DNA from: Sphaerodactylus townsendi
Taxonomy: Eukaryota
NCBI RefSeq assembly: GCF_021028975.2
Contig: NC_059429.1
Coordinates: 32,240,001-32,304,000 of the forward strand
Reading direction: 5' to 3'
DNA: 64,000 nt
The notes under the pieces are model-generated. The model was not told the origin of the DNA. It searched no databases and was given only the letters and a program-made list of their open reading frames with translations. The translations under genes were made by a program, and so were the position numbers. Positions 1-13,168 of this stretch are shown here, piece after piece (within the stretch, counting starts at the first letter, position 1; each line of letters starts with the position of its first letter).

Positions 1-159
1 TGCTTGTGACTGTAATTGAGGCAATTCCTCTACAAATCTAAAACCTGTCTAAAAGCAAACAATAAAGGCTGACTTGAAACCAAGGTTAAGAATGTGAGCT
101 TTCCACAATAATGGGGGGAAGTGATGCTAAACAAATTGCCAACTGTTGTTTCACTTTAG

Positions 160-288
160 GCGTATGAGACCACCTTTCACTGTCTGCAGAAATGAGAAAG
201 AAAACCTTACCTGTTACAACCACGGCAACTGTACTGAGTTCCAAGGACGCTTAGAATGCACGTGTCTCGCAGGCTTTGCAGGACCACG
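160..288 (+). CDS. CRB1: CRB1 coding exon (human exon 10 equivalent), EGF-like domain
   Basis: Acceptor ttcactttAG|, donor |GTgaga, 129 bp. Translates [43 protein letters not shown], matching human CRB1 ...[29 protein letters not shown]. Confidence 0.93.
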
Positions 289-2035
289 GTGAGAATCTTT
301 GAGACATCATAGCTGATGCCTTTGTGAAGGAACGTGTGAACTTGTCACACAATGGCCCACACAAAGAAAGCAACAGCATTACTCATAGTTTTAGTCTGTC
401 ATGACAAACATTAAGATTAAGTGTGTAATTTTTTTTGCCTAAATTTGCAAAAGGATTGGGCACTGTAGAAGTTTACCTCCCATAGCTTAAAAGGACAAGA
501 GAGAAAAGATATGTCACAGAGAAGGGTAGTAACCTAGCCTTCACCCTGAAATGCTAATTTTCTATGTGCAAGGAGGTTTTTGTTTTATATGAGAGTCCAT
601 TTAAACAAAAATTTCCTCTGACTGCAGTTTGAAGAGGTAGAGCCCTGGGAAGGCAGTGCCACATGACTTCTCAGCAGGTGAAGGTCATCATTGATTCAGA
701 GTGTCATATGAAGCAGTGTGTAGGCTGAGCTCCTTTGTAAAGTGATTTCTCTTCACATCCATGAATGTATCCCTTGCACATTGTGAGCATCTCTTGATAT
801 GAAGCGAAACTGTCTTTTCCCTGGGTTGAAGTGAATGGGAAACCACTGTGCATGGAGCTTCGTAAGTGCTCACAAAGAAGCATTTGATGCGAGTAATGAC
901 ACTGCTAGAACCTCATCTCTGCCTTGATGCCTGCTGTACCCCCATTGCAACCTGAAAGCTTGAAAATGCTTCCTATGACCTTGGTCTCTACCAGAAGTAT
1001 TTACTAAACTTCCATATACTACATAGCAAATATAAGCAGTAGTTTTCATTCTAGAAAGCTCTAATTGCTCAAGAATAAAAGAGAAGTTCGGTCTCTATTT
1101 GAATTGTTATTCATTATTATTCCCCATTATCCATCAGTATATATGGAAATTAAATGAGTACCCAGAGGCCAATGGTTGGAGACATACACCTCAGAAAAGC
1201 ATGTACTTTTCTCCTGACATTTTGCATTAATAAAAGTAGCCTCAGGAGGCTGCAAATGTGATTGAAGGAAAAGGGAGATGGGGTGCTTTAGTGGCAGCCT
1301 GTTTTCACTCCGTTTAGAAAAGAGAGACTTTCCCACTCTCCAGTTCCTCTCATGTTCTGAAACTGCACTCTGCCCTTCATTCGGCTCCTCCTGAATTTTG
1401 GTTTAACAAGGAGCATTTCTATAATTAGTGGGCACTGTTTGCCAGAGCTGTCTATTCCTTTGACTCTCTTCCTTCCTTGGCATTATCAGTGCAAATGAGT
1501 GGATGTTGATAAAACACTGCAACAATCAATTTGATATAAGTATACATATGACTGCCCTCAAATCATTTGTATGTAGTTTTAATATTAATATGCACATGCT
1601 GAAGCATATTGGTAAAACACCACACAAAAAGAATCTTGATAAAACCAATCATAAATTTCCACCAGGACTGTGACCTTGGACCATAACTGTCTTTTAGCCT
1701 AACTTACTTAACAGGGTCACTGTAAGGATAAAGTGAGGGAGAGAATATGCCAGCTCTGCTCATTGAAGGAAAGACCAGACTTTCTATTTTTATTTTTTTT
1801 AACTTTATACATTGGTCATTTTTTTCATTTTCTCCCCTTTCTCTCTTGAAAATAGAAGATGGCTCTGGGGATAAAATGACTCTGGGGATGAAGGCCACTG
1901 CTTTAATTTCAATTATTGCAGAGGGCCAAATATTTTACTAAAGTCATTTGAGATGAACAGCCATGTCTTCTTACCTTTTCCATTCCTGTCAGGGTTATTT
2001 TTGTTCCAAATAATTGTTTTCCTTTAACCCCACAG

Positions 2036-2162
2036 GTGTGAAGTGGACATTAATGAGTGCAGCTCTGATCCCTGCCTCAACGGAGGCCTTTGCCAGAATC
2101 GGCTCAACAAATTCCAGTGCATCTGTGACATAAACCATGCCGGTGAACAGTGTGAGATCGAT
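2036..2162 (+). CDS. CRB1: CRB1 coding exon (exon 11 equivalent), last Ca-binding EGF domain
   Basis: ccccacAG| and |GTaagc, 127 bp, in phase with the previous exon. [42 protein letters not shown]. Confidence 0.95.
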
Positions 2163-2285
2163 GTAAGCGACATCTCCTTCTTTGTCTCTGTCTTCTTGTG
2201 GCAAAACCTCTTTCAGCTTCTTTCCTACCTCATTTTGCGTATGGATGATGAACCAGCTGTGGAGTGGGATGATCAGGAAGATTAA
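2163..2285 (+). CDS. CRB1: Exon 11b read-through: alternative CRB1-B-type C-terminus (hydrophobic segment + short acidic tail)
   Basis: The frame stays open through the donor: [40 protein letters not shown]. This is close to the human alternative end [41 protein letters not shown]. Confidence 0.88.
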   Translation, partial: VSDISFFVSVFLWQNLFQLLSYLILRMDDEPAVEWDDQED

Positions 2286-2384
2286 TAGCAAATGGAATGG
2301 TGGTCATATTTTAAAGCCACTGAAGTACAACAGCAGATGCCTTAACAAAACAGGGGTTATTAAGGTAGTTTACATAAAATGTAG

Positions 2385-2454
2385 AATAAAACTAAATAAT
2401 TTATCTCTTAAATCACTGTAGCCTACACTCCCATTAAAAATTCTAGCCAATAAA
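2385..2454 (+). terminator. Intronic polyadenylation signals for the exon-11b isoform
   Basis: AATAAA 2385-2390, ATTAAA 2433-2438 and AATAAA 2449-2454 are clustered 100-170 nt after the 11b stop. Confidence 0.55.
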
Positions 2455-3430
2455 TGGCCCTTCAAAGTACTCTAAAAACCTCTTCCAGAAGCCCATTCCA
2501 AAGGGTGGGATGAGCTCTGAAACTAAAAATGATAAAAACATAGGATCTAGTCAGTGCCAGGTGGGCTATCTCAAAGGCGGCAACAACCGGTAGACAGCAG
2601 CTTCATGATGGTCAAGCAAGCTTAAGAATCAGAATAGTCATAATTCAAAATACTGTTTCGGGTGTTTTGAAAGTATGAAAATAATCTCATGGGGGATAAT
2701 TTGATACCTCATTCTGACATTTAGCACGGAAATAATCTCAATATGACAAGAGAAACTACTCTGGTGTTTCATCTTTCCAATCAGCTCTTCTTCAGAATGG
2801 ATAATTAGTGTTAGTGTTTCATGGAAAGGTTTCCCATTGGTCTCCATATGAGTCACTAGGCAGCTCTCTTTCTAATCAAGAGGCACACCCAGATCATTAC
2901 CTCATACAGAAAAACAAAGAGATGGCTCTAGGGAGAATAGGCAAGCCTATGGCCGATTACGCACAACAAGGGTCCCACAACTTCAAAGAGAACTGGCCAC
3001 AGAGTATTTGTTTGGGGGCCTGTTCAGCATTATTACCCACCACCCTGTTTGCAGCGGGGCAGACATTACTCATCAGCTGACTTTTTGCTTGCACTCAGGG
3101 GAGCAATGTTTAGCAGGCTCTTTATCACGCATGTGTGCCTTAGTTTTTAATATAATTTTTAACATTTAAATTCTCTTATCTATATATCAATATAAAAAAG
3201 GTGAACTATTCAAGGAGAGTCTTTTATACAGCATCTGTACACTTTGTCCAAACACTGAGTATCTTTTATAGCAGCGTGAAAACCACAAAAGGACAACATG
3301 AACCACCATTTGCTAAGCATTCCGGGATCATGATTGTCTGTCTCCTGATGTGCTGTAAACCCAAGCGTCAATACTGACTGGTTTTTCCCAGTGTAGTCTG
3401 GAATCACTGACTGCTTGTGTATAAAACTAT

Positions 3431-3570
3431 GGCTCATTCCGCACATGCAGAATAATGCACTTTCAAATTGCTTTCAGTGCTCTTTGAAGCTGTGCAGAAT
3501 GGCAAAATCCACTTTCAAACAGTTGTGAAAGTGGTTTGAAAACGCATTATTTTGGTGTGCAGAAGGGGCC
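3431..3570. mobile_element. Palindromic PIF/Harbinger-type MITE
   Basis: TIRs ggctcattccgcaca / tgtgcagaaggggcc, internally palindromic, 3-bp TSD TAT. Confidence 0.7.
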
Positions 3571-5070
3571 TATGAGACAGCAGATGTCCCAGTTTGTTGT
3601 TCAAATGCACAGGCAAATTGGGTGTTTGGACTGATAAACTAATCTTATTATTTTGACATTTCATAGTGTTATTATCGATCTATCAATATGGTTATTTATT
3701 TTTAAAATAATCTAAAGATTTAAAGATACACAGAAGCAGGGAGGCCATGGGCGATAGAAATGATATGGCAGGACAAGACGCAGGAAGTAGTTGGCAACAG
3801 GGAGGAGGCAAAGGGGAAGAGTGCAAAGCAGCACAAGGGAGTGGGGGGGAGGGTTGAGACTAGGCAGGCTGGCCATGGGTGGAGGGAAGAGGTCAGAGGC
3901 AAGGTTGTGCCCACTGGCAAATCTGTCCTGTTCTGGTGGCAAAGCAACTTAAATTCATGCTATAAGTGGTTTTGCTTACCACAGAAAGAGTGGAACATGA
4001 AAGCGGGGCAAGAGGATATACATCCACACAAGTAATCTAGCCACAACAGACATTTGCCTCCACCATGTGGCAAAAACCTTGTCCGTAATCGGCCTAGCTC
4101 TTGCATACCACAGAAGTAAACCATTTCATTTTGAAAGCGATGTGTGCCCCCAATTGTATCTCAGAGCAAAAAATGTTTCATCAGGTAATATAAAATTTTA
4201 AATTAATTTTTAAAAACATTTTTAAAGCATTAAATCTTTTTTAAAAATTAATTTTAAATTTTTTTACATGCTACCTTTTTTCTGAACATCTTAACTATGA
4301 CCCAAGAAGAGTAATAGCAACATAACAATAGAGATGGGTTTGTCTCTCTCCCCTCACCCTGTCCCATCACTATCTTCCACCAGTAGCTGACAACCTTTTT
4401 GTTTGCTTTAGCATTCCTTACCAACCCTCCTTCCTATTTATGTTTTAAATTATTGTTATGTGTGTACGGGCTATTTTTAAAGTTGCTCTTTAATATTTTT
4501 AATTGTTCACTGCCTTGAAGATCTGGATTGAGTTGAAAGGCTAAATACAAATATTTTAAATAAAAATGGACATTTCAAAAATTTGAATAAAATAAAAACA
4601 ATTTTATAGAACAATTTTTTTAAAAAAAACACGAAATCTAGAACATTAAAAACCAGTTTAGAAACTTTTAATGCACCCACAGCAGATATTCTTCCCTCTG
4701 CCCTGGCCCAGACTGCTGTGGAGAGACAGAGAGGAGTTTGTAATTTGAGACTGCTTACAGGAGAAAAAGCAAGGTATAAATCCAAACTCTTCTCCTCCTC
4801 CAAAAGATCTCTAGAATAGCTAAGTTTTGCAACTCAACTAGAAAGTCAGGAAGGTAAGAATCCCCCCTCTACCTCTTATAGGAGGCTGTTTCATAGACAT
4901 GGGGTAGTAACACTGAAAAGGCTCAAGCCCAGACAGTTGCTAAATATGCATTGGAAATATGGGATACCAACAGTACATGCTGGTGGGAAGAATAAAGTTG
5001 CCAAAAGAGAGGACTTTAGAGGTAAGTACCAACACCTTGAACTGGACCTAGAAACTAATCAACAGCCAGT

Positions 5071-5382
5071 GAGAGCCAGCATAGTGTAGTGGTTAAGAGT
5101 GTGTGGATTCTAACCTGGAGAACTGGGTTTGATTCCCCACTCCTCCACATGAGTGACAGACTCTTATCTGGTGAACCAGATTTGTTTCCCCACTCCCACA
5201 TTCCTGCTGGATGACCTTGAGCTAGACACAGTTCGTTCAGAACTCTCTCAGACCCACCTCAGACCCATCTTACAAGATGCCTGTTGTGGGGAAAGGAAGA
5301 GAAAGGAATTTGTAAGCTGCCTTGAGTCTCCTTACAGAAGAGAAAGGTGGGATATAAATCCAAATTCTTCTTATTCTTATTC
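5071..5382 (+). mobile_element. tRNA-derived squamate SINE (Squam3-like)
   Basis: A-box tagtgtagtgg, B-box ggtttgattcc, ends tataaatcc plus a (ctt)-rich tail; several copies in the window. Confidence 0.8.
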
Positions 5383-8300
5383 TTTGGTGAAGGGTGACAG
5401 AACAAGAATGGCTTGGTCCTGCCAGCTAGTCCCAGATATAATCTAGTTATTTTGCTAGAGCAGGAAGAAAAAGGACAAAGCTGGAGAAACATACCTTGCT
5501 CATGCAGGCTGCTAAACATTCCAAAAAAGTATGCTTTACATGATTGTATTCATAGCTTTCGTGACATTTTATTAACATGCTGTGACACATGTATCTCAGT
5601 AACAAACTGCATTTTGCAGTGTGAACTTTTACACTGGAAAAATGAGGGGTGGGAACTGCACATGCATATTTTTAGTCATTACTGGACCATAATGCAGAGT
5701 GACTTCCCAAAAAACACAGTAATGCAATGAGGAAATCTGTCCACCCCTCCTGTGAGGATGAAAGCATCTGATCTCATAGAGCATGTGGTGTCATAGAGAT
5801 GCAGGTTATCTTTCAGATGGAGAGATTACCATGAAGGTTCATAGTCCAGATTAAGGGTTCTGAGCCTGAAGATCTTGAAGGATCAAATGCAACTCAACCA
5901 TGGATAACCTGCATGCTGTTAATTAAGAAATTGTCTCTCAGCCCCATCTGGCATGTGTTGATAATCCTGGACTATCTTAAAGGATCATTTGATGCGTTAG
6001 TGACATAACATAAAAATACACCATTATCCATTGGGCCTTTAAAAAACAACAACATGGATGAGAGTCAATTATACAAATTAGATACATTTCAAGTTGGCAT
6101 AATGATCCATGAAATAGGGAAGAGAAGTATAACTCTCAAAAGTATTTCCTTACATGCTCCACTGCTATTGCACATGATGAAAAATAGATGGAACACAAAC
6201 TCTGCATAGCACAGAAAGAGTTGATAGAGTTTTTTCCCTGCTCAGTGTACTTGGTCAAATCTAAGGCACCTCATGTTTGAGTGAAACTGTATATACATTC
6301 TATCTCTATCAGGGTCACTAGTTACTATCAAAGAGCATTTACATAGGATTTTTTCTACTCATATTCAGTATGATTGTGTCCGAATGTTTTTTTCTCTTTG
6401 CCATCAAGAACAAACTGTACTCAGAAATGCTGTATGTTCCTCTCAAGTACATGCATGCTATTCTCTTCAACCTTCATTGTGTGTGTATGCCTGTTTCTAG
6501 CTTTCCTACCTTTACATTTGCAATAAATCTTCTGCCTTTGCCTCTTTGCATCTCTTTTCATATTTTTGTTCATACTAATGTCTACATTCTCATTTGTTTT
6601 AAGCATGTCATGATTTATAAATGTTTACACTTCAGAAAATTCTTACCTAGAAAGCTAAAGCTCAGTCTTTCTGCATAGTATTATACCCAGCCCCTGAGGT
6701 ATGTGACTGCTTAAACATCTCTCGAGACAGGTGTCTTCCAAGAAACAGAGTATCATTTTCTCTCCCTCAGGATAGAAACCCTTCATTTCTAATTCCAGAA
6801 TACATTTTGTGCCTGCTATTTTGATTTCACCAAATGTCATCAGAAACAAAAATCACTTGGGATTTCTCTCCTTAAATTTTAATTTCTCTCTCCCCTTTCC
6901 CAGTTTTCCCCATGCTGGAAGGAGAATGCATAAACAAAACATGCCCCTTAGTCAATGACTTTTCTGAATCAGCAACCTTCCTAACTCCACAACAATGGCA
7001 GGCTTAACTTGTGTCCGAGGAGTAAACAATTTATTTATCCCAAACCACAGGCATGTGAAGTTCACATTTCACTGAATCAAATGAGTTGTGCACAGAACTA
7101 GTTCCCAGAATGCCTTTCTCCCCTTTACCTTGCAGCCTCATATGCCCCTCTCTCAAAGCTATTCTTGAGAATTAGGGGTCCATCGGGCACATAGCTGAAT
7201 GCTGTGCAGGGGATCACATTAAAGAAGAAGGGACTGACAGAAACTATCCCTCCAAACACACACACATGAAAGAGCAAAATACTTTCAGAAGCTCTTCCTC
7301 AATTCAGGAAAAAACCATGTGGATTTTGGAAGCGGGGCAGGTCTGTTTGATGCTGGGCTCGACTTGGCCAGGTCCAGCATTGAACAAGCCTGCTCCACTC
7401 TTGAACTCCAAGACCAGATAGACACTGGTTGGTTCCGCATGCAACTGCACCTCTGCCCCCGAACTCCACGTGACCTACCCAAGTAGCACCTGGAGCTCCA
7501 ACCCCCTTGTGCCCCTCCCTCATTACGCTACTGGAGATCATCCATAGTGTCATTGAAGGCATCATAGCACAGCATGAGTTTTTGATGCTTCATAGCATCA
7601 GATCTACATATGTTTTTAAAAAATCATGAAACAACCACAAAATGGCAGCCAGGAATCATTTTAATGGGGTGAGTACTGACAAATGTGGGGGGATAGAAAA
7701 CATTTTACAAATGTTTTGCAAATGTTTGGGGGGATCTGTGTGGAAATGGCCAAAGTCTCACTATAGTCGCTGGCTGGAAAAAAACATAAGAAAGTGTTTC
7801 TTCCCTTTGTTCTTTTCTGCTTTAATCTAACTATTTGTCATATAACTGCCCTGCCCATTCCCACTCCAGTTTTTGTTAAATTCATAACAGGGCCAAAATT
7901 AAGTTTTCAAAGACTACACATTTGCATTTTCTTCCAATTTCATTTTAAACTAGGTTATTTTTTAAAAAAGTTTTATTTAGAAGAAATTTGCAAAGCAAAA
8001 ACATCCAATTTTTAATTAACTTTTAAAAAAATTATCCATTGTTATCCTCTCAGGCACAAAATTAATAGCCACAAGCAAGACACACGTTCAGGTCCACACC
8101 ACACCCAAAATTATGAATACATTAGTTCGAACCCACTATATCACTGCTGATATATGCTGAAAGTGTATGGACAATATCTGGTTAGACCATAAAAAATAAG
8201 ATCAGACCAAGCAACTTTTTTTTTAAACTGATTATTTTGCACTAATATTAATTCAATCAACACCTTTAACTAAAAAAGGGGGGAAACTATCATTCATTTC

Positions 8301-8444
8301 TCATAGTCACAAGATATTCTTAAGTTATGGCTGCTAAGGTTCTCTCAGAATGGAATCCACAGCCAACATCACACTACTTGGGAGAGTACAGCATCCCATA
8401 CAATTTGGAGAGGTGGTATCCTACCACTCTTATGCCTGAGCTAC

Positions 8445-8526
8445 CCAGTGACTGCCAGATATACCATTTAATGACTGCCTGATATACCAATTAATATATC
8501 CAGTGACTGCCTGATATATCATTTAA
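8445..8526. repeat. Three imperfect copies of a ~23-bp unit (tgactgccwgatata...ttaa)
   Basis: Direct repeats visible in the sequence. Confidence 0.7.
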
Positions 8527-9534
8527 CAAAGAAACATACCCGCTTAAAATGTGTAGCAAGCAGAAATGGGACAAGGCACAAATTAAAAATATTATTATTT
8601 ATCCTTGCCCTGCAATATCATGACAGAATTAATCATAAATAAAATGCCACATTTGCTATAATGTCTGCTGGCTGGTATTAATTTATTAAAGAGGAAAAGA
8701 ATAAGCATGCCAGATATCTATAAACATTGGGTTGAGATCAATTTAAAGCTATACCAGGCTTCCATAAAATGCAGGAGTTTAGGATTCTCACTGAATTTGC
8801 CTCTTGGAAATTATTTAATATATTCATTAACCATAAGTGTTAGTTACATGAACATGTCCTAATGACACTTAAATTACGATAATAAATGCCTGCTGCCTCA
8901 TGAATTATTTATTCTACATTTGCATAGTCATCCTTATGCAATTATTCCTGAGTAATTATCATACTGACTAAAAAGGCATCAAGGGCTGAATAAGTACCTT
9001 TCCTTCTATGTGCTCATCCTCTCCTTCCACCGTTCTTATTCATTTTTTATCTTTGATCCTATAGACATCCCTGAAAGTTTTCTATCTCAAGAATAAAAAG
9101 CAAAAACAGCTCCCTCAGCCCATTGAGCTAGATGGGGAAAACCAGATACAACAACATGTTCTCTTGTCCTATTCCAACAGTGCAGTGGTAACTGTTGTGG
9201 TATTCTGAAATAACTGGAATCTTACTGAAATATGCATTTGGACTTTGTGGATGGCCAACTCTTTGCTCACAAACATTTATTTGCTAGTTTTTGCTTTAGT
9301 CTGGACTCTAGAGGCACTATTTTACAGAAGGAAGAAGCAAGATTCAGTTACCAAAGAAGATTCAGTTGCCAAACAAGTTGTAAAAAAAACACCTAATGAA
9401 TTGTAAAAGCAATTGCTATAATTGTCTTTTTTGTAGGGCAGAAGGTGGTTCCTTTATATTTTAAATTGAAGCTGTCTCTGAATTATATACAACAGATCTA
9501 AGTTACCGGTATTTCATTCCTTAATACAATTAAG

Positions 9535-9680
9535 CAGGAGTCCAGTAGCATCTTCAAGGCTAACACAATTTATTCCAGCGTAAACTCTTATAAAAAACAT
9601 GTTGTTAGCCTTTAAAGGGGCTACTGGACTCCTCTTCAATATTGCTGCAGCAGACTAGCATTGCAGCACCTATGGAATCA
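9535..9680. mobile_element. Degenerate Penelope-like element with inverted ends
   Basis: ggagtccagtagcatcttcaaggctaaca versus tgttagcctttaaaggggctactggactcc inverted pair, typical of sauropsid PLE relics. Confidence 0.6.
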
Positions 9681-10739
9681 GTATTCTTTCAGAATGACAC
9701 ATTCAGTCCCATATTTACTGTTCTATTATTAGCCATCTATCATAACCCAAGTTCTTCTCTGTATCTATTTTAATATGTTTCAATTGTCTATACAAGAAAA
9801 GTTCCGTACCTTACTAATCAAGCTGTCATTTGAAACTGAGCTGGCTCTACTCTCAGATGTCAGCTGAATTCTAGTAGTGACAGGCCAGTTAGTTTTCAAC
9901 TACCATTCTTGCTGATTAACCTCATATTTTACATACCTACAATGGGAGTACACATCCTGTAGTTACTTTAACAATATCCTCAAATTTAACAATATTTCTC
10001 AAAATCCTTTCTCTGCTTCATTTTATCTTTTTTTAAAAAAATCCATAATGATTATAACAGATTGTCAACATGGAACAAAATAGGACACTCTTTTCTTGCA
10101 AGAAAGATATATGTGCACTTAATGTGACGACTGGTATATAGGCACACAACCCACAGGATATCAGTGCTTCTGAAACATCGTCACATGTGGGTGCCAATTT
10201 GCTGTTATGCCTCAGCATTCCTACTTCAGTTTAGCTCTGGGAACACCAGTTGAATGATTACTGAACTGTACTTTATTTAGCCAGATGATTTTTTAAAAAA
10301 TTCAGATTTATTTCATGTTCCAAAATCTCAGTAATTAACCTTTTTGAAGTTACTGAAAGAGAATAAGGTGTTATGCAGCTGATATTATGGAAAGGGAGAC
10401 AGCAATGGGTTGCCCTGTGCATGTGTGAGACAAAATCACATGTTTGGGGTTGAGAATCAGAGCTTTCTTATTGCTCCTGGTCCCAGGATGCTCAGCTTTT
10501 AGCATTGGCTAACTCTATTAGTTATATAGTTGTATATAGTTGTATACACACTGGAGCTGCTTTCATAAAGCTGAGGCTGAATTGACTAAAAAAATGGAAA
10601 AGAGCCTCATTTACTTGAGGGGCTTTGCTTCACCTCTGTTCAGCCAGGAATTACTTTTATAATCAATATTGGAGTCAAAATGGAGAATGGTACAGAAAAT
10701 CATGTTGTGACTAAAGTGAGAATAAGCACGATAAACCCT

Positions 10740-12348
10740 TAGCCAATCACAGTGCAGGACGTATACCTGCCTAATCCTGGTGCATCCTGTGCGCTTATAG
10801 GCCCGTGCCCTGCCCGACTGCTCCCAAACCTACCCACCCTACCACCACCCTCAAGGTTCCCACTCCTCCACCATCCCCCTACCCCCAGAAACAAAGCCAG
10901 GACAGCACCCACGCTCTCACACAGGGCCTGCCAAAAGCTAGTGCTTTCCCCTTCCCACACCCCAAACTGAACCCAAGCCGGGGCCCCACTCCACCTCCCC
11001 CTGAACTCCACACCGCCGCTCTGCTGCTTGAGGCAAAAACAAACGGCCCTCCCCCCAAACTTCCCTGCACCCAAACCAAAGTTGGCCCCATGCTTTTCCA
11101 CCAGGTTCCCCAAAAGCTGCCCCTTTCCCCTGCCCAGGCTTCCCTGCAGCCCAACATCCACCTCCCCACCAACTCAGCTGCTCCTGGCCAAGGCCAAGGC
11201 CCTGGTCTCCAGACTCCAACCATGGCCCCACCAACCCAACTATGAGGTCCGAGGGCAGTTCCCAGCCAGCCCACCAGCCAGCATGAAGGTGAACATGAAA
11301 GTGAGCAGGAGAACTGCCAGTAGGGGGCAGGAGATGGTGCCAGGATAGTTACCTGGGATAGTTACCACCCAGGACAGTTACCCGGGACAGTGGTTCAGTG
11401 GTGGCTTCCCACCCACTGGCCTCCCTGGCCTGGCCCTCTCCACACCCATGTCTGCAGTTTCCCAGCCACCATGTAGTGAGCCATCCCGGTCAGCCTTCTA
11501 TTCCTTGGAGATCTTCCATCAAAATACTTGCCATAGTTGACCCTTCTTGGTTTGACTCAAGGACATAGGTAAGGGTTTTTTTTCCAAATTTATGGACTTC
11601 CAAAGGGAGCGCCCCCATCCCCCATTGTTTCCAATGGGAGCTAATAGGAGATGGGGGCTACACTTTTGAGGGTCCATAACTTTGGACCCCCTGAACCAAA
11701 CTTCACCAAACCTGGGTGGTATCATCAAGGGAGTCTCCTAAAGATACCCTGAAAGTTTGGTGCTGCTAACTTAACAAGTGCACTCCTGACAGCAGGCACC
11801 CCTCAAATTTCCCCAGATTCTCCTTTTAAATCCACCCCCTTTGGCATGGATTTAAAGGGAGAATCTGAGGTCCCCAGTTTAAATATTGAAAATGATGCTG
11901 TTTCAGGATGGGGGATAATCCACCCCAGAACAGCATCACTTTCAATGTTGTTTTTACTGGGAACCCCAGATTCTCCTTTTAAGGTGGATTTAAAAGAAGA
12001 ATCTGGGCTCCCTAGTTTAAACACCATTGAAAATGATGCTGTTTGGGGGTGGATTCCAGCATCACAGTGGCTGACCATGGGGGGGGGGGCAAATATTTTG
12101 CACCAGGCTCCATTTTCCCTAGCTATGCTTCTGCCCGGAGGGGAAGGCAGAAGGGACTACCAGCTGCTGGGTGGGAGCCCAGCTGGTGGGGGGCAGAAGT
12201 CTGCCATCCCTGGCCTTGGAGAGCTGCTTTTATAAGAACCGAGGTTGGGGTGGGGCTTGGGGAGGCGTGGACATGCCCCCAGGGGCTGGTGGGGGCATGG
12301 CCCAACCCCCCAAACCCCCCCATAAAAAATCTATACCTACGTCCCTGG
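10740..12348. mobile_element. Composite GC-rich non-autonomous DNA-transposon-derived region
   Basis: Abrupt GC shift, hAT-like end tacgtccctg, internal alternating inverted repeats; no recognisable protein. Confidence 0.5.
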
Positions 12349-13004
12349 TTTGACTGACAAAATCAGGCTAGCCTGATCTATCCAGGTCAGGGCAAATACT
12401 ATAATACTCATTTGTTAATCTATAACCACATCAATCTGCTCTTACCAGTTACCAAATAATGAAGTATTGCTGCTGCTTCTCACTCAAGTAATCACTGGAA
12501 GCCAACTTTGAATTCTACAAACTGGGAGATCATAACCAAACAAAAGAGTGTGATTTGGCATACACTTGTTGAATGAACAAAATTAGAAACAATGGCTTTA
12601 TCTTTAGTTATAGAAACAACACCTGAGCAACCACACCCCCAAAAGTATTTTGAAAATCACCGAGTAAACATTCTGGTGTAATACTTACCCAAATGGAATA
12701 ATTTCTTCAAAATATCCTTTAAAGGGTATTTATTGCTCATTTGTTGTAATTAATATTCCTTCTATATTTAGAAGTGTAAGAAAAATTTTGCAGAAAAGAT
12801 GTGCCAAAAAACTACACAAAGATAATGAGGTTAAACAAAGGTCATAAACCTTTTTAAAAAGCCAAAGGTTGATGCTACCAAAGAAAAACTGTTGAATATT
12901 CAGCATGAACAGTAAATGCAAGTCAAAAGGGCAAGTAAAAATGCCACATCAGCATAACTTGTTAATATCAGATTTACAAAAATGAACAAATGAAGTTGCA
13001 GTTT

Positions 13005-13168
13005 ACAGAATCAGACCACTGATGCATCAAGATCAGTTTACTCAGATTGGCAGTAGTTTGCCAGGATTTCAGGTAGAGGTTTTTCACATCATCTACTATC
13101 TAACTCTTTTTGCTGGAAATACTGGGTACCTTCTGCTTGCCAAACAGATACTCCACCATTGAGCCACA
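13005..13168 (-). mobile_element. Degenerate tRNA-derived SINE (Squam2-like)
   Basis: Reverse strand starts gtggctcaatggtggagtatctg; a similar copy lies at ~56190-56390. Confidence 0.55.

Noticed and set aside
10739-11348. Multiple overlapping Pro/Gly-rich ORFs
   Set aside because: By-product of C-rich low-complexity repeat sequence.
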